Below the pieces are notes generated by a model. It was not told the DNA's origin, searched no databases, and saw only the letters and a program-made list of their open reading frames with translations. Source: Bacteroidales bacterium (GTDB lineage Bacteria; Bacteroidota; Bacteroidia; Bacteroidales; VadinHA17). From it: a stretch of DNA of 64,000 bases. Of this stretch, positions 18,941 to 28,548 are shown piece after piece; position 1 is the first letter of the stretch, and each line of letters starts with the position of its first letter. The DNA is taken from the NCBI GenBank assembly GCA_025454795.1, contig JALONT010000007.1, positions 66,750 to 130,749 on the forward strand, read 5' to 3'. The translations under genes were made by a program, and so were the position numbers.

Positions 18941-20176
18941 TTAAACTTTTAACTTTTCCCCTTCTGATTTTGCAATTATAACTGCACAGCAGGTATCTCC
19001 GTAAACATTAATGGTAGTCCGGAACATATCCAGGATCCTGTCGACAGCCAGAATCAGTCCGATACCCTCAAGCGGCAGCCCGACCGCTTTAAGAACTACA
19101 GCCATCATCACCAGGCCCGCCATAGGAATTCCTGCTGAACCAATAGCTGCCAGCAGTGCTGTAAATATCACAATTAGCTGCTGACCAAATGTGAGTTCTA
19201 CGCCATAAGCCTGAGCTATAAATATTACTGCGACGCATTCATATAACGCTGTACCATTCATGTTTATCGTAGCTCCCAGGGGTAGTGTGAAGCCGGCTAT
19301 TTTATTAGATACCCCGTCATTGTCCTCAACAGCCTCCATTGTCAGCGGTAGTGTTGCATTGGATGATGATGTCGAAAATGCTGTAAGCAAAGGTGTTGCC
19401 ATATTCTTAAAATGCTTCACAGGGTTTGCTCGCCCAAGGAGCTTCACCGAAAGAGGAAGGGTAACAAATCCGTGGAAGAGCAGTCCTGCCAGGACAGTTA
19501 TAAAATATAATCCCAGCCTGCTTATAACTTCATTTATCTCGTTGCCCATCTGAATCTGCTGTGCAATTACTTTTGCAGTTATGCTGAAAATACCAAGCGG
19601 GGTGAATCTAATAATGAAAAGAGTGATCTTCATTATTACATCCAGGGCCGCATTGAAGACGTCCATCAGTAGAATGCGCGGCTTGTCATTAACTCTCGCT
19701 ATAAAATAGCCAAAAAGAATGGCAAAGAAAATTATGGAAAGCATCTGTCCCTGTACCATAGCACCAAAGATATTTTCAGGGACTATATTTATCAAAGTTC
19801 TTCCAAAACTGTCGGAGGCAGAAGTGATATCCTCAACCGGTATCTTGAAACCAAGTTCAGCACCAACACCTGGCTTGATAAGGGAAACCAGCCCAAAGCC
19901 TGTGATAATAGCAAACAGAGTAGATAAAACATAATACCCCATGGTCTTTAATCCAAGCCTGCCGAGGCTTCCAGTGCTCCCAACACTTGCTACACCTGTG
20001 GAAATGGAGAAAAGAATCAATGGAATAATGATCATATTCAGAGCCCGGAGAAATATTTCACCCACCCAGTGTGTGTACCTGGTAGCAGTTGGAAAGAAAT
20101 AACCGAAAAAACCTCCTGCAATAAGCATAATAAGAATCTGGAAATGCAGAGGTATGGAAAACTTTGATTTTGTCAT
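18941..20176 (-). CDS. Dicarboxylate/amino acid:cation symporter (GltP family)
   Basis: AFSTSSSNATLP, LPLGATINMNGTALY, DRILDMFRT. Confidence 0.92.
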   Translation of the reverse strand: MTKSKFSIPLHFQILIMLIAGGFFGYFFPTATRYTHWVGEIFLRALNMIIIPLILFSISTGVASVGSTGSLGRLGLKTMGYYVLSTLFAIITGFGLVSLIKPGVGAELGFKIPVEDITSASDSFGRTLINIVPENIFGAMVQGQMLSIIFFAILFGYFIARVNDKPRILLMDVFNAALDVIMKITLFIIRFTPLGIFSITAKVIAQQIQMGNEINEVISRLGLYFITVLAGLLFHGFVTLPLSVKLLGRANPVKHFKNMATPLLTAFSTSSSNATLPLTMEAVEDNDGVSNKIAGFTLPLGATINMNGTALYECVAVIFIAQAYGVELTFGQQLIVIFTALLAAIGSAGIPMAGLVMMAVVLKAVGLPLEGIGLILAVDRILDMFRTTINVYGDTCCAVIIAKSEGEKLKV

Positions 20177-20386
20177 CTGGATATCTTTGAACCCTTAAAG
20201 AAAAAGAATTTAAGCAATAATTCCATTTAATAGTCGAATATTTTTAAAATATTATAACCTCCTTAGATTTTAATATTTGAAACAAAAGGGGGGAGGCTAT
20301 CAAAAAAATCAGTTTTCAGCATCAAAACATTTTCCTATTGGAAATAGTTGAAGTTAATGTTATCGGATCTCAATTTAATTCACAAT

Positions 20387-20795
20387 TTACATTTGTAAAT
20401 ACTATAAAACAATCATAGATATACATTTGTAATCATGTATTTTATGAATTTAACATTACAATAGTAACATTTCTTACTATTAATAGACAATAGATATTAA
20501 CTTGCATTATATCAGTATATTAATAATGTTAATCTGATCAAGTAGTAGTTTAATCTCAGGTGTTTTATCCTATTATGTCCTCAAAATCATTAGAAAAATG
20601 TGTTAATATATTGTATATCAGTTATATATATATCTAAACTCGACAAATACTTTAGAAATACTTGTTATATAATACATTATATATCAATGCAATGCAAGAG
20701 ATACATGATTCATAAATTCTTATAGGGATTTATTTAGTTACAAATGTAATGCATAAAAGTTATACATGTAAATTGTTTATTATTTACATTTGTAA
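20387..20795. promoter_or_regulatory. Six palindromic TTACAnnTGTAA-like boxes in two clusters of three, flanking an AT-rich core
   Basis: Boxes start at 20387 TTACATTTGTAA, 20421 ATACATTTGTAA, 20456 TTACAATAGTAA, 20738 TTACAAATGTAA, 20760 TTATACATGTAA, 20784 TTACATTTGTAA. Confidence 0.7.
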
Positions 20796-20811
20796 TTCAT
20801 ATTTATTTATC

Positions 20812-21237
20812 ATGAAAGAGCGTATACTCGAATTCCTTAGATCTGAAAATAAATCATCTGCACAGCTTGCAGAAGAAATAGGTGTACAACCTTCAGGGAT
20901 ATCTCATATTCTATCAGGAAGAAACAATCCAAGTCTTGATTTTGTCCTGAAAATGCTTGAAAAATATCCATACTTATCATCAGACTGGCTATTATTTGGC
21001 AAAGGGACCATTTACAAGGAGGTAAAATCACAGAATCTATTCGATGAAACCATCGATATGAAGGCTGATTCTATTAAAGAACCAGTGGCGAGGGAGGTAT
21101 TTACCACTGAAAAGATAAGAAAGCCGGAAAATCATGTTATTACTGATCCCGGTAAGGACACTGAGGTTGAAAAAATCGTCTGGTTCTATGCAAATAATAG
21201 TTTCCGGGAGTACTTTCCGGGAGAGCAAAACAAGTAA
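20812..21237 (+). CDS. XRE-family HTH DNA-binding protein
   Basis: AQLAEEIGVQPSGISHILSGRNNPSLDF..WLLFGKG and a C-terminal EKIVWFY.N.SF.EY motif. Start at ATG 20812 follows a TACATTTG promoter. Confidence 0.88.
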   Translation: MKERILEFLRSENKSSAQLAEEIGVQPSGISHILSGRNNPSLDFVLKMLEKYPYLSSDWLLFGKGTIYKEVKSQNLFDETIDMKADSIKEPVAREVFTTEKIRKPENHVITDPGKDTEVEKIVWFYANNSFREYFPGEQNK

Positions 21238-21323
21238 GCCAGATAACCCGGTGATTAAATGAATTTCGATTTAAAATTTCATGAAATTCATGATTAAAAG
21301 TATCTTTGGGCAAACATCCATGA

Positions 21324-22091
21324 ATGGCAAAACGGATTGAATCTCTTAATATTACTGAAAATAAGCGTCTTAATAAGGATTTCTTTATACTTGAACTATC
21401 CGGAAAATCAAAAATCCCGGATATGAAGCCAGGTCAGTTTGTCCAGGTGAAGATAGAGGGAAGTCCCGGGACGTTTCTGCGGCGTCCGATCTCTGTACAT
21501 GATGTAAATTATGGACAGAATACATTAAAGCTTCTTATCCAGATAGCGGGAAAAGGAACAGAAACACTTTCAAGGCTTCAACCGGGTGATATCCTGAATA
21601 TTATCTATCCTCTTGGCAACTCATTCAGCCTGCCTCCTGAGGGTCAGAATGTTCTTCTTGCAGGGGGGGGTTGCGGTATTGCGCCTCTTTTATTTCTTGG
21701 TAAGTATTTAAGGTCAAATGGCTTTCAGCCCGATATTCTGCTGGGTTTCAGAAATACTGAAAGAATTATTGAGTTTAATGATTATAAGGAGATTGGTAAG
21801 GTTTTCCTGACGACAGAAGATGGATCTCAGGGTGAAAAAGGTTTCGTAACTCAGCATCCTGTTTTAGCAACTTCTAAATATGATCGTATTTATTGCTGTG
21901 GCCCTGATCCGATGATGAAAGCAGTTGCAGAATACAGCAGCAAGAACAATATTTTCTGTGAAGTATCACTTGAAAACCTCATGGGATGCGGTATAGGAGC
22001 CTGTCTCTGCTGTGCAGTTGATACCGTAAGAGGAAACCTTTGTACATGTGTCGACGGTCCGGTATTTAATACAAAAGATCTGAAATGGTAA
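21324..22091 (+). CDS. pyrK: Dihydroorotate dehydrogenase electron transfer subunit
   Basis: [40 protein letters not shown]. Confidence 0.93.
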   Translation: MAKRIESLNITENKRLNKDFFILELSGKSKIPDMKPGQFVQVKIEGSPGTFLRRPISVHDVNYGQNTLKLLIQIAGKGTETLSRLQPGDILNIIYPLGNSFSLPPEGQNVLLAGGGCGIAPLLFLGKYLRSNGFQPDILLGFRNTERIIEFNDYKEIGKVFLTTEDGSQGEKGFVTQHPVLATSKYDRIYCCGPDPMMKAVAEYSSKNNIFCEVSLENLMGCGIGACLCCAVDTVRGNLCTCVDGPVFNTKDLKW

Positions 22092-23002
22092 AGCTTGATT
22101 TTAAAATAGGTGACCTTCATTTTAAAAATCCTGTTCTGACAGCATCGGGAACCTTCGGATATGGTTTGGAATTTGATGATTTTCTTGATGTATCAAGGCT
22201 TGGAGGAATTGTCGTTAAAGGAATAACACTCGAACCCAGGGAAGGAAACCCTTCTCCCAGGATGGCTGAAACACCTTCAGGAATGTTGAATGCAGTTGGA
22301 TTGCAAAATAAAGGGATAGATTATTTTGAAAAGAACATTTATCCTGATCTGGCTCTCTATAAGACTAATGTAATTGTAAATATTAACGGAAGTTATATTG
22401 ACGATTATATTACTCTTGCCGGGCGAATTGGAAAACTAAAAAAAATTTCTGCAATAGAGCTGAATATCTCCTGTCCTAATGTCAGAATGGGAGGGATGGC
22501 ATTTGGTACAAATGAAAAGTCAGCAAGGGAGGTAACCAGGGCAGTGAGAGCTGTTTACCAAGGCAAGCTGATAGTCAAACTATCTCCAAATGTTACAAAT
22601 ATTGTCGATTTTGCCAGAATAGCTGAAGAGGAGGGAGCAGATTCCGTATCCCTGATTAACACTTTGCTTGGAATGTCCGTAGACGTTAAAACGATGAAAC
22701 CTGCCCTGTCTACAATTACAGGAGGGCTATCAGGACCTGCTATCAAACCAGTTGCATTGAGAATGGTCTGGCAGGTTGCCAGAGCTCTGACCATCCCTGT
22801 GATTGGTATGGGAGGCATTATGAACGCTGATGATGCCATTGAATTCTTTCTGGCGGGGGCATCTGCAGTACAGGTCGGAACCGCTTCATTCATTGATCCG
22901 CAGGCATCGGTAAAAATCCTGGAAGGCATTGAAAGCTATCTTGTTGAAAAAGGTTTTTCAGATATCAGGGAACTTATTGGTTTACTAAACAAGGTTCATT
23001 AG
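22085..23002 (+). CDS. pyrD: Dihydroorotate dehydrogenase (class 1B)
   Basis: [40 protein letters not shown]. Confidence 0.95.
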   Translation: MVKLDFKIGDLHFKNPVLTASGTFGYGLEFDDFLDVSRLGGIVVKGITLEPREGNPSPRMAETPSGMLNAVGLQNKGIDYFEKNIYPDLALYKTNVIVNINGSYIDDYITLAGRIGKLKKISAIELNISCPNVRMGGMAFGTNEKSAREVTRAVRAVYQGKLIVKLSPNVTNIVDFARIAEEEGADSVSLINTLLGMSVDVKTMKPALSTITGGLSGPAIKPVALRMVWQVARALTIPVIGMGGIMNADDAIEFFLAGASAVQVGTASFIDPQASVKILEGIESYLVEKGFSDIRELIGLLNKVH

Positions 23003-23138
23003 AATTTTGCAAACGAGGAATTGTTTTTCATTTAAATTTATATTTCTTGTATATCCGGATAATTATCTCTATCTTTTCCTTGATTTTTTTTAGCAAATTC
23101 AAACATTTTAATCATTTCATTAATCATCGGATACTATA

Positions 23139-23609
23139 ATGGCAGAAAATTTATTAATCGATAATCTTGACAGGAAGATCCTTGACATAATAACAAAGAA
23201 TGCCAGGATACCATACCTTGAAGTAGCAAGGGAATGCGGCGTCTCAGGTGCAGCAATACATCAGAGGGTTCAGCGGCTTATGAGAAACGGAGTAATAAGA
23301 GGATCAGAGTTCAAGGTTGATCCGGTACTTGTCGGCTTTAAAACATGTGCTTATATTGGGATTTTTCTTGAGCATCCGGGCCATTTTCGTGATGTAGTCA
23401 AGAAGTTCAGGGATATTCCGGAGATCATTGAATGTCATTATACAACCGGTAATTACTCACTCTTCATAAAAGTCTATACAAGAGATAATGAGCATCTGAA
23501 AGACATTCTTACTGAAAAGATCCAGAATATTGCAGGAATCGTTCGCACAGAAACCCTGATCTCCCTTGAGGAGTCGATTAACCGGCAGATACCTGTACTT
23601 TCGAAATAG
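23139..23609 (+). CDS. asnC: Lrp/AsnC family regulator
   Basis: NARIPYLEVARECGVSGAAIHQRV, ECHYTTGNY, TETLISL. Confidence 0.88.
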   Translation: MAENLLIDNLDRKILDIITKNARIPYLEVARECGVSGAAIHQRVQRLMRNGVIRGSEFKVDPVLVGFKTCAYIGIFLEHPGHFRDVVKKFRDIPEIIECHYTTGNYSLFIKVYTRDNEHLKDILTEKIQNIAGIVRTETLISLEESINRQIPVLSK

Positions 23610-23630
23610 ACTTTTACAATATTATGGTAC

Positions 23631-23657
23631 AAAAAGCTGCCTACTGAGCAGCTTTTT
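23631..23657. terminator. Bidirectional intrinsic terminator
   Basis: AAAAAGCTGC-N7-GCAGCTTTTT. Confidence 0.75.
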
Positions 23658-23792
23658 ATGATCTGGCCGGGGCTTTCTGAACCCTGCAGGTCCGAAACAC
23701 ACGAACCCAGAATCCTTCCGCAAAGCTGAATGCTCTAATTGCCAGCCTGTTGTGTTCAGAAAGTCTACATTCAATGTCGTTGGTGTAATAAA

Positions 23793-24638
23793 TTATTTGA
23801 CCGGAGAATCGGGTTCTCTTGACATAGCAGTATAATAACTCCAGTCGACAACGGTTGGAATTATCCTCTGGAAGAGTGCAGTAAATCTCCCTTCCCATGT
23901 CAGTATCATGTTTCTTTTCCTCTTTACTATCCCTTTAGGAACACATTTTGCGACATATTGTGGAGTCATAAGCCTTTTTTCTTTACGGGGAGATGTTCCT
24001 TGTTCCGCGCCGGTTGCAGTCAGAGCATGTACTCTTATTTCGGACGCTGTAAATCCGGGTGCAATTATCATCACGTGTAAACCATTCTTAAGATTTTCGA
24101 TCCTTATCGTTTCCAGAAATCCATGTATCGCGAATTTAGATGCTGAATAACCTGTTCTGCCAGGTAATCCATGGAATCCTGCAACAGATGACACGCCAAT
24201 AAGTGATCCCTTGTTAGCAATCAGATAAGGAAGAGCGTATTTTGTACAATAGACTGTGCCCCAGAAATTTGTGTTCATCAAAGTATGAAGTACTTTAAGA
24301 TCAACATCCTTAAACAGTGCTCTCATAGATATGCCGGCATTATTAACAAGGATGTTTACTGTTCCATATTTTTCAACAGTCTTTTCAACAAGTTTACGGC
24401 AATCCTGCTCGAGACTGACATCCGTTTTTATGAAGCTGGCTTCCTGTTTCTTTTCATTTATCTGATCAACGATCATTGATAGTTTTTCTTCAGATCTGGC
24501 TGCGAGCATGACTTTGCTACCGTTAGCTGCAAATTCCCGCGCAATGGCCTCACCGATACCAGAAGAAGCACCGGTAACAATTATAACTTTGTCTTTAAAA
24601 AGCTTGTTCATCATATTAAAATTTGTTCTAGACAGCAT
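23793..24638 (-). CDS. Short-chain dehydrogenase/reductase (start may be about 24614)
   Basis: TGASSGIG, VNNAG, YSASK. Confidence 0.9.
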   Translation of the reverse strand: MLSRTNFNMMNKLFKDKVIIVTGASSGIGEAIAREFAANGSKVMLAARSEEKLSMIVDQINEKKQEASFIKTDVSLEQDCRKLVEKTVEKYGTVNILVNNAGISMRALFKDVDLKVLHTLMNTNFWGTVYCTKYALPYLIANKGSLIGVSSVAGFHGLPGRTGYSASKFAIHGFLETIRIENLKNGLHVMIIAPGFTASEIRVHALTATGAEQGTSPRKEKRLMTPQYVAKCVPKGIVKRKRNMILTWEGRFTALFQRIIPTVVDWSYYTAMSREPDSPVK

Positions 24639-24768
24639 AAGGTACTAATTTAATTATTTTTGGATGACAGATGTTATCTGTGATTAGGATTTGTTACCGG
24701 AAAAAAAGGATTAACGTTTGTATTAAAATAAAATTATCATACATTTGCACTCGCAAATTTAACAACAG

Positions 24769-24841
24769 GATTTAGTAGCTCAGCTGGTAGAGCACATCCC
24801 TTTTAAGGATGGGGTCCTGGGTTCGAGCCCCAGCTAGATCA
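24769..24841 (+). tRNA. tRNA-Lys(TTT)
   Basis: Acceptor GATTTAG/CTAGATC, D-arm AGCTCAGCTGGTAGAGC, anticodon loop CTTTTAA, GTTCGAG; TACATTTG promoter at 24740. Confidence 0.95.
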
Positions 24842-24995
24842 CAATGTGTTGGAGAGGAATGAAATATTATTCCTCTTTGTTGTTTAGTTAAATCACGTTC
24901 GTACTTTAGACTATTTACAGTGCAAAACTGTCTCAGTACCATATCCTGGATCTGAAAGACTGATTTACCTGTCCCTGAATATTTACGGATTATTC

Positions 24996-25021
24996 TGTAA
25001 TGTTTTTCGTGTTCAAACGTC
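24996..25021 (+). promoter_or_regulatory. Candidate ECF-sigma promoter
   Basis: TGTAAT-N16-CGTC upstream of the DUF4252/ECF operon. Confidence 0.45.
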
Positions 25022-25060
25022 TTCTCATTAAAACAGGTTGTTAACCTTAATTTAAAAATC

Positions 25061-25567
25061 ATGAGAAGATTGTTTACTACACTTGTATTAGCGGTATTTG
25101 TAATCTCTGCGCAAGCACAGAGATCAATTGACAGACTTTTTGATAAATATTCCGGGAGTAATGGATTTGTGACACTTAATATTAATGGGACCATTCTGAA
25201 ACTTCTCAATGTCTGTCAACACGATAATGAAAGAGATAAAGACTCCTGGTCTGCCAGAGTCGACAGGATCAGGATAATGGTCCAGGAAGATAATAATATG
25301 GTCACTGAAAACTTTTACGATAAGGTTATCAGGGATATTAACCGTGACCAGTATGAAGAGTTTATGAGAGTAAAAGAACCGGACCAGGACCTGATAATGC
25401 TTGTCCGGACAGAAGGCAACAGGATAAAGGAGATGCTGCTGGTAGGTGGTGGTGAAGACAATTTATTAATTCAGATCAAGGGTAACCTGACCTTAAAAGA
25501 TGCAAAAGAACTTTCGTCTGATATGAGAAGTGATCACAACCTTAATCTCATTTCAGAACAGAATTAA
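25061..25567 (+). CDS. DUF4252-family secreted protein
   Basis: Signal peptide; IDRLFDKYSG..GF..YEEFMRVK..IKEMLL..LIQIKGNL. Confidence 0.8.
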   Translation: MRRLFTTLVLAVFVISAQAQRSIDRLFDKYSGSNGFVTLNINGTILKLLNVCQHDNERDKDSWSARVDRIRIMVQEDNNMVTENFYDKVIRDINRDQYEEFMRVKEPDQDLIMLVRTEGNRIKEMLLVGGGEDNLLIQIKGNLTLKDAKELSSDMRSDHNLNLISEQN

Positions 25568-25617
25568 TCACGGTAGTTTTTATCTTTGCCGGAACCAGGA
25601 ATAACTTTCTTTTGCTA

Positions 25618-26160
25618 ATGACCCGTGAAGCATTTAACAATATAATTCATAATAACTACCGGAAGCTTTATTTTATAGCTTTCAGGATACTTAAGAATCA
25701 GCAGGAATCAGAAGATGTGGTTCAGGAAGTATTTATGAAGATGTGGATTATGAAAGAGAAACTGGATAACTACGATGATCATGAGGCACTGGCAGTGACC
25801 ATCACAAAGAACAGATGTTTAGATATGCTCAGGAAATGGAAACATATTGATAAAGATAATATTGGATCAGAAATCATGGACAGGGAACTTTCCCCTTCAC
25901 CTTATGATCAGATGGTGAATTCTGAAAACGCTGAAATACTTGGCAGGATCATTGATGATCTTCCCGAAGCTTTCAGAAATGTTATACAGCTCAGGGAGAT
26001 CAACGGATTATCATACGGGGAGATTGCCCGTCAGAATAATGTTAATATAAATACATTGAGGGTTACATTATCCAGGGCGCGTCAGATTGTTAAAGAAAAA
26101 TATCTGAAATACACTTATGAACGAGGAAAGATTAAAACAATTACTGGACCGTTATTATAA
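25618..26160 (+). CDS. ECF sigma-70 factor
   Basis: AFRIL..ESEDVVQEVFMKMW, ITKNRCLD, LREINGLSYGEIA..LSRAR. Confidence 0.92.
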   Translation: MTREAFNNIIHNNYRKLYFIAFRILKNQQESEDVVQEVFMKMWIMKEKLDNYDDHEALAVTITKNRCLDMLRKWKHIDKDNIGSEIMDRELSPSPYDQMVNSENAEILGRIIDDLPEAFRNVIQLREINGLSYGEIARQNNVNINTLRVTLSRARQIVKEKYLKYTYERGKIKTITGPLL

Positions 26161-26704
26161 CGGCACTTCTTCAGAACAGGAGGAAGCATTGCTCCGGGAG
26201 TACTTCATCAGTAATGATCTCATTCCGGGCTATGAGGCTGAGAAAGAGATATTCTGTCACTATTCCGGCACTGAATATTTTCCGGGTCCTTCAGATGACC
26301 TTGAGGAGAAGATACTGAAGTCAGTATATGAAAGTGAAAACAACCAGAAAAGAAGAATTGCCGGTAAACCTCTTTATGCACTCATAAGCATTGCCGCAAC
26401 ATTACTGCTGCTTTTCGGATCATACCATCTTATTTTTCATAAAACAGAACCAAGGGATACTTTCTCAGATCCGCAGACAGCTTATGCCGAAACAATGAAG
26501 ATTCTGACTAATATATCAGTGAAGCTGAATAAAAGCACAATGAAATTACAACCGCTCACCAGGCTCAGCAGTGCAACCCTGTCAAGCCTGGAATCAATTG
26601 ATAAGTCTGCGTCAATGATTACTGCCGGGCTAAATAAAATACAGGTTTTCGATAAACTTTCCGAAACCGATTATCAGAATAATAATACTATTAATAATAA
26701 ATAA
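26117..26704 (+). CDS. Putative anti-sigma factor (single TM)
   Basis: LLDRYYNGTSSEQEE..LREYF N-terminal domain, a TM helix, DTFSDPQTAY; overlaps the sigma gene. Confidence 0.75.
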   Translation: MNEERLKQLLDRYYNGTSSEQEEALLREYFISNDLIPGYEAEKEIFCHYSGTEYFPGPSDDLEEKILKSVYESENNQKRRIAGKPLYALISIAATLLLLFGSYHLIFHKTEPRDTFSDPQTAYAETMKILTNISVKLNKSTMKLQPLTRLSSATLSSLESIDKSASMITAGLNKIQVFDKLSETDYQNNNTINNK

Positions 26705-26712
26705 TATACAAG

Positions 26713-27240
26713 ATGAAAAAGGTAATTTTCTTAATAGGAGCTCTTTTTATATCAGCTATAATTAGTGCTCAGTCAAATCCTATTGATGAGATCTTTGAGA
26801 AGTACTCTGAGAGAGAGGGATTTACTTCAGTATATATTTCGGGAAGGATGCTGAGCATGCTTGCAAGCATGGAAACAAAGGAGGGTAATCCTGATAATAT
26901 ATTGCACCGTATTAAATCCATAAGGATATTAACAGAGAATGATTCTCTTGCAATTCCAAAAGTAAATATTTACACTGAACTTGCCAGGAAGCTAAACATG
27001 TCAGTTTATGAAGAGCTGATGGTTGTAAAAGAGGGCCAGGAGGTTACTAAATTTCTGATTCTCGAGAAGGAAAACGTAATATCTGAACTACTTGTCATTT
27101 CGGGAGGTAATGATGGAAACGTCCTGATTTCGATACGAGGGGATCTGAACCTGAAAGAACTCTCGCAACTTTCAAAGACCGTTGGCATTGAAGAACTTGA
27201 ACAACTGGAAAACGTTGAAGATAAGAAGCCTGGCAAGTGA
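26713..27240 (+). CDS. DUF4252-family secreted protein
   Basis: IFEKYSEREGFTSVYIS..YEELMVVK..ISELLV..ISIRGDL. Confidence 0.8.
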   Translation: MKKVIFLIGALFISAIISAQSNPIDEIFEKYSEREGFTSVYISGRMLSMLASMETKEGNPDNILHRIKSIRILTENDSLAIPKVNIYTELARKLNMSVYEELMVVKEGQEVTKFLILEKENVISELLVISGGNDGNVLISIRGDLNLKELSQLSKTVGIEELEQLENVEDKKPGK

Positions 27241-27381
27241 TTTTATGATGCGATATTGTGTAATGCAACCTTTATCAGGCTGATTTTGTTATATAAATTG
27301 TGGGATCTATATTCTGAAAATTGATCTCAGGATTCATTTTTTTTTATATTTGTATTATAGTTATAATAAAATCAGACAATT

Positions 27382-28473
27382 ATGAACACATTATTCTTGA
27401 GACGAATTACTGTTTTGATGAGCACGGCTCTTATCACGTCGTCATCAGTTTTTTCACAGTTAAATAATGTTGACTATTTAAGAAGTTCTCCTGCAGATGG
27501 TGTTGAATTCATTGAAGCCTATGTTACTCCATGGGCAAATGCATTTGGTGCAGGTCTGAACGGAAGCTGGTATAATTCCGCCAAACCCCACAAATTTGGA
27601 GGATTTGACATTACAATGGGAGTAAATGTTGGAATTGTTCCTTCATCAGCTGAATCTTTTGACCTTTCAACACTTGATCTTTCCGCAAATTTATCACCGA
27701 AAACAGGCACTGCCCCAACAATTGCAGGTCCCAAAAATGATGGACCTGTGATGACATATTCTCAGAGCGGGGTCACTCTTGCCACATTCAATACACCTTC
27801 GGGGACAGCCTGGAAATATATCCCTGTTCCGACTCTTCAGCTTGGCATAGGTCTTCCTCTTGGAACTGAAGTGAAAGTCAGGTTCATTCCACGGCTTCCT
27901 GTAAAGGATGGCGACATTATGTTATGGGGCGTAGGATTAATGCATAGTATCATGCAATACATTCCCGGGAATAAACTTCTGCCAGTCGATGCTTCAATTT
28001 TTGCAGGTTATACAAAACTAAATGGAAATGTCCCGGTAAGCCTTCAGCCATCAACTCTTAATGGTCATTTCCCAAATTATACAACTTACTCTCTTGCTAC
28101 TTCTTTCACTGACCAGAATCTTTCGGCAACTGTTGAAGCATTGAATGTGAGCGCTATTGTTTCAGTAAACCTGCCTGTTATATCATTTTATGGCGGACTG
28201 GGCTATAGCAAAACATCGACACTTGTGGAGATGACCGGTAATTTTCCGACCCCGACACTGGTTACTCCGGTTGCTGCTGCTCCATATGCTGAATATAATG
28301 ACAGCGGGGTTAAGAAAGGTGCTGATTTTCCTGAAATTGATATTCAGAGTTTTTCAGGACTCAGGGCTAATATCGGCTTCAGAATAAAACTGGCAGTAGT
28401 TACAATTCATGCCGATTATACAAGAGCACAGTACAATGTATTATCCACTGGTTTAGGAATATCATTCAGATAA
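27382..28473 (+). CDS. Outer-membrane protein (DUF6588-like)
   Basis: Signal peptide, GAGLNGSWYNSAKPH, C-terminal GLGISFR beta-signal. Confidence 0.65.
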   Translation: MNTLFLRRITVLMSTALITSSSVFSQLNNVDYLRSSPADGVEFIEAYVTPWANAFGAGLNGSWYNSAKPHKFGGFDITMGVNVGIVPSSAESFDLSTLDLSANLSPKTGTAPTIAGPKNDGPVMTYSQSGVTLATFNTPSGTAWKYIPVPTLQLGIGLPLGTEVKVRFIPRLPVKDGDIMLWGVGLMHSIMQYIPGNKLLPVDASIFAGYTKLNGNVPVSLQPSTLNGHFPNYTTYSLATSFTDQNLSATVEALNVSAIVSVNLPVISFYGGLGYSKTSTLVEMTGNFPTPTLVTPVAAAPYAEYNDSGVKKGADFPEIDIQSFSGLRANIGFRIKLAVVTIHADYTRAQYNVLSTGLGISFR

Positions 28474-28495
28474 AAATTATCTCCCTTATATTTAC

Positions 28496-28532
28496 ATCCC
28501 CTGGACTGATAAATATCCGGGGGATTTTTTTT
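28496..28532 (+). terminator. Intrinsic terminator
   Basis: ATCCCCTGGA-N10-TCCGGGGGAT followed by a T run. Confidence 0.75.
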
Positions 28533-28548
28533 GGTTCCATAGTCTGCA

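Noticed and set aside
24842-25060. Genomic island at tRNA-Lys
   Set aside because: No integrase or tRNA-end duplication was seen, and the downstream genes are typical chromosomal Bacteroidota genes.
24772-25209. 145-aa minus-strand ORF
   Set aside because: It is antisense to tRNA-Lys and the DUF4252 gene.
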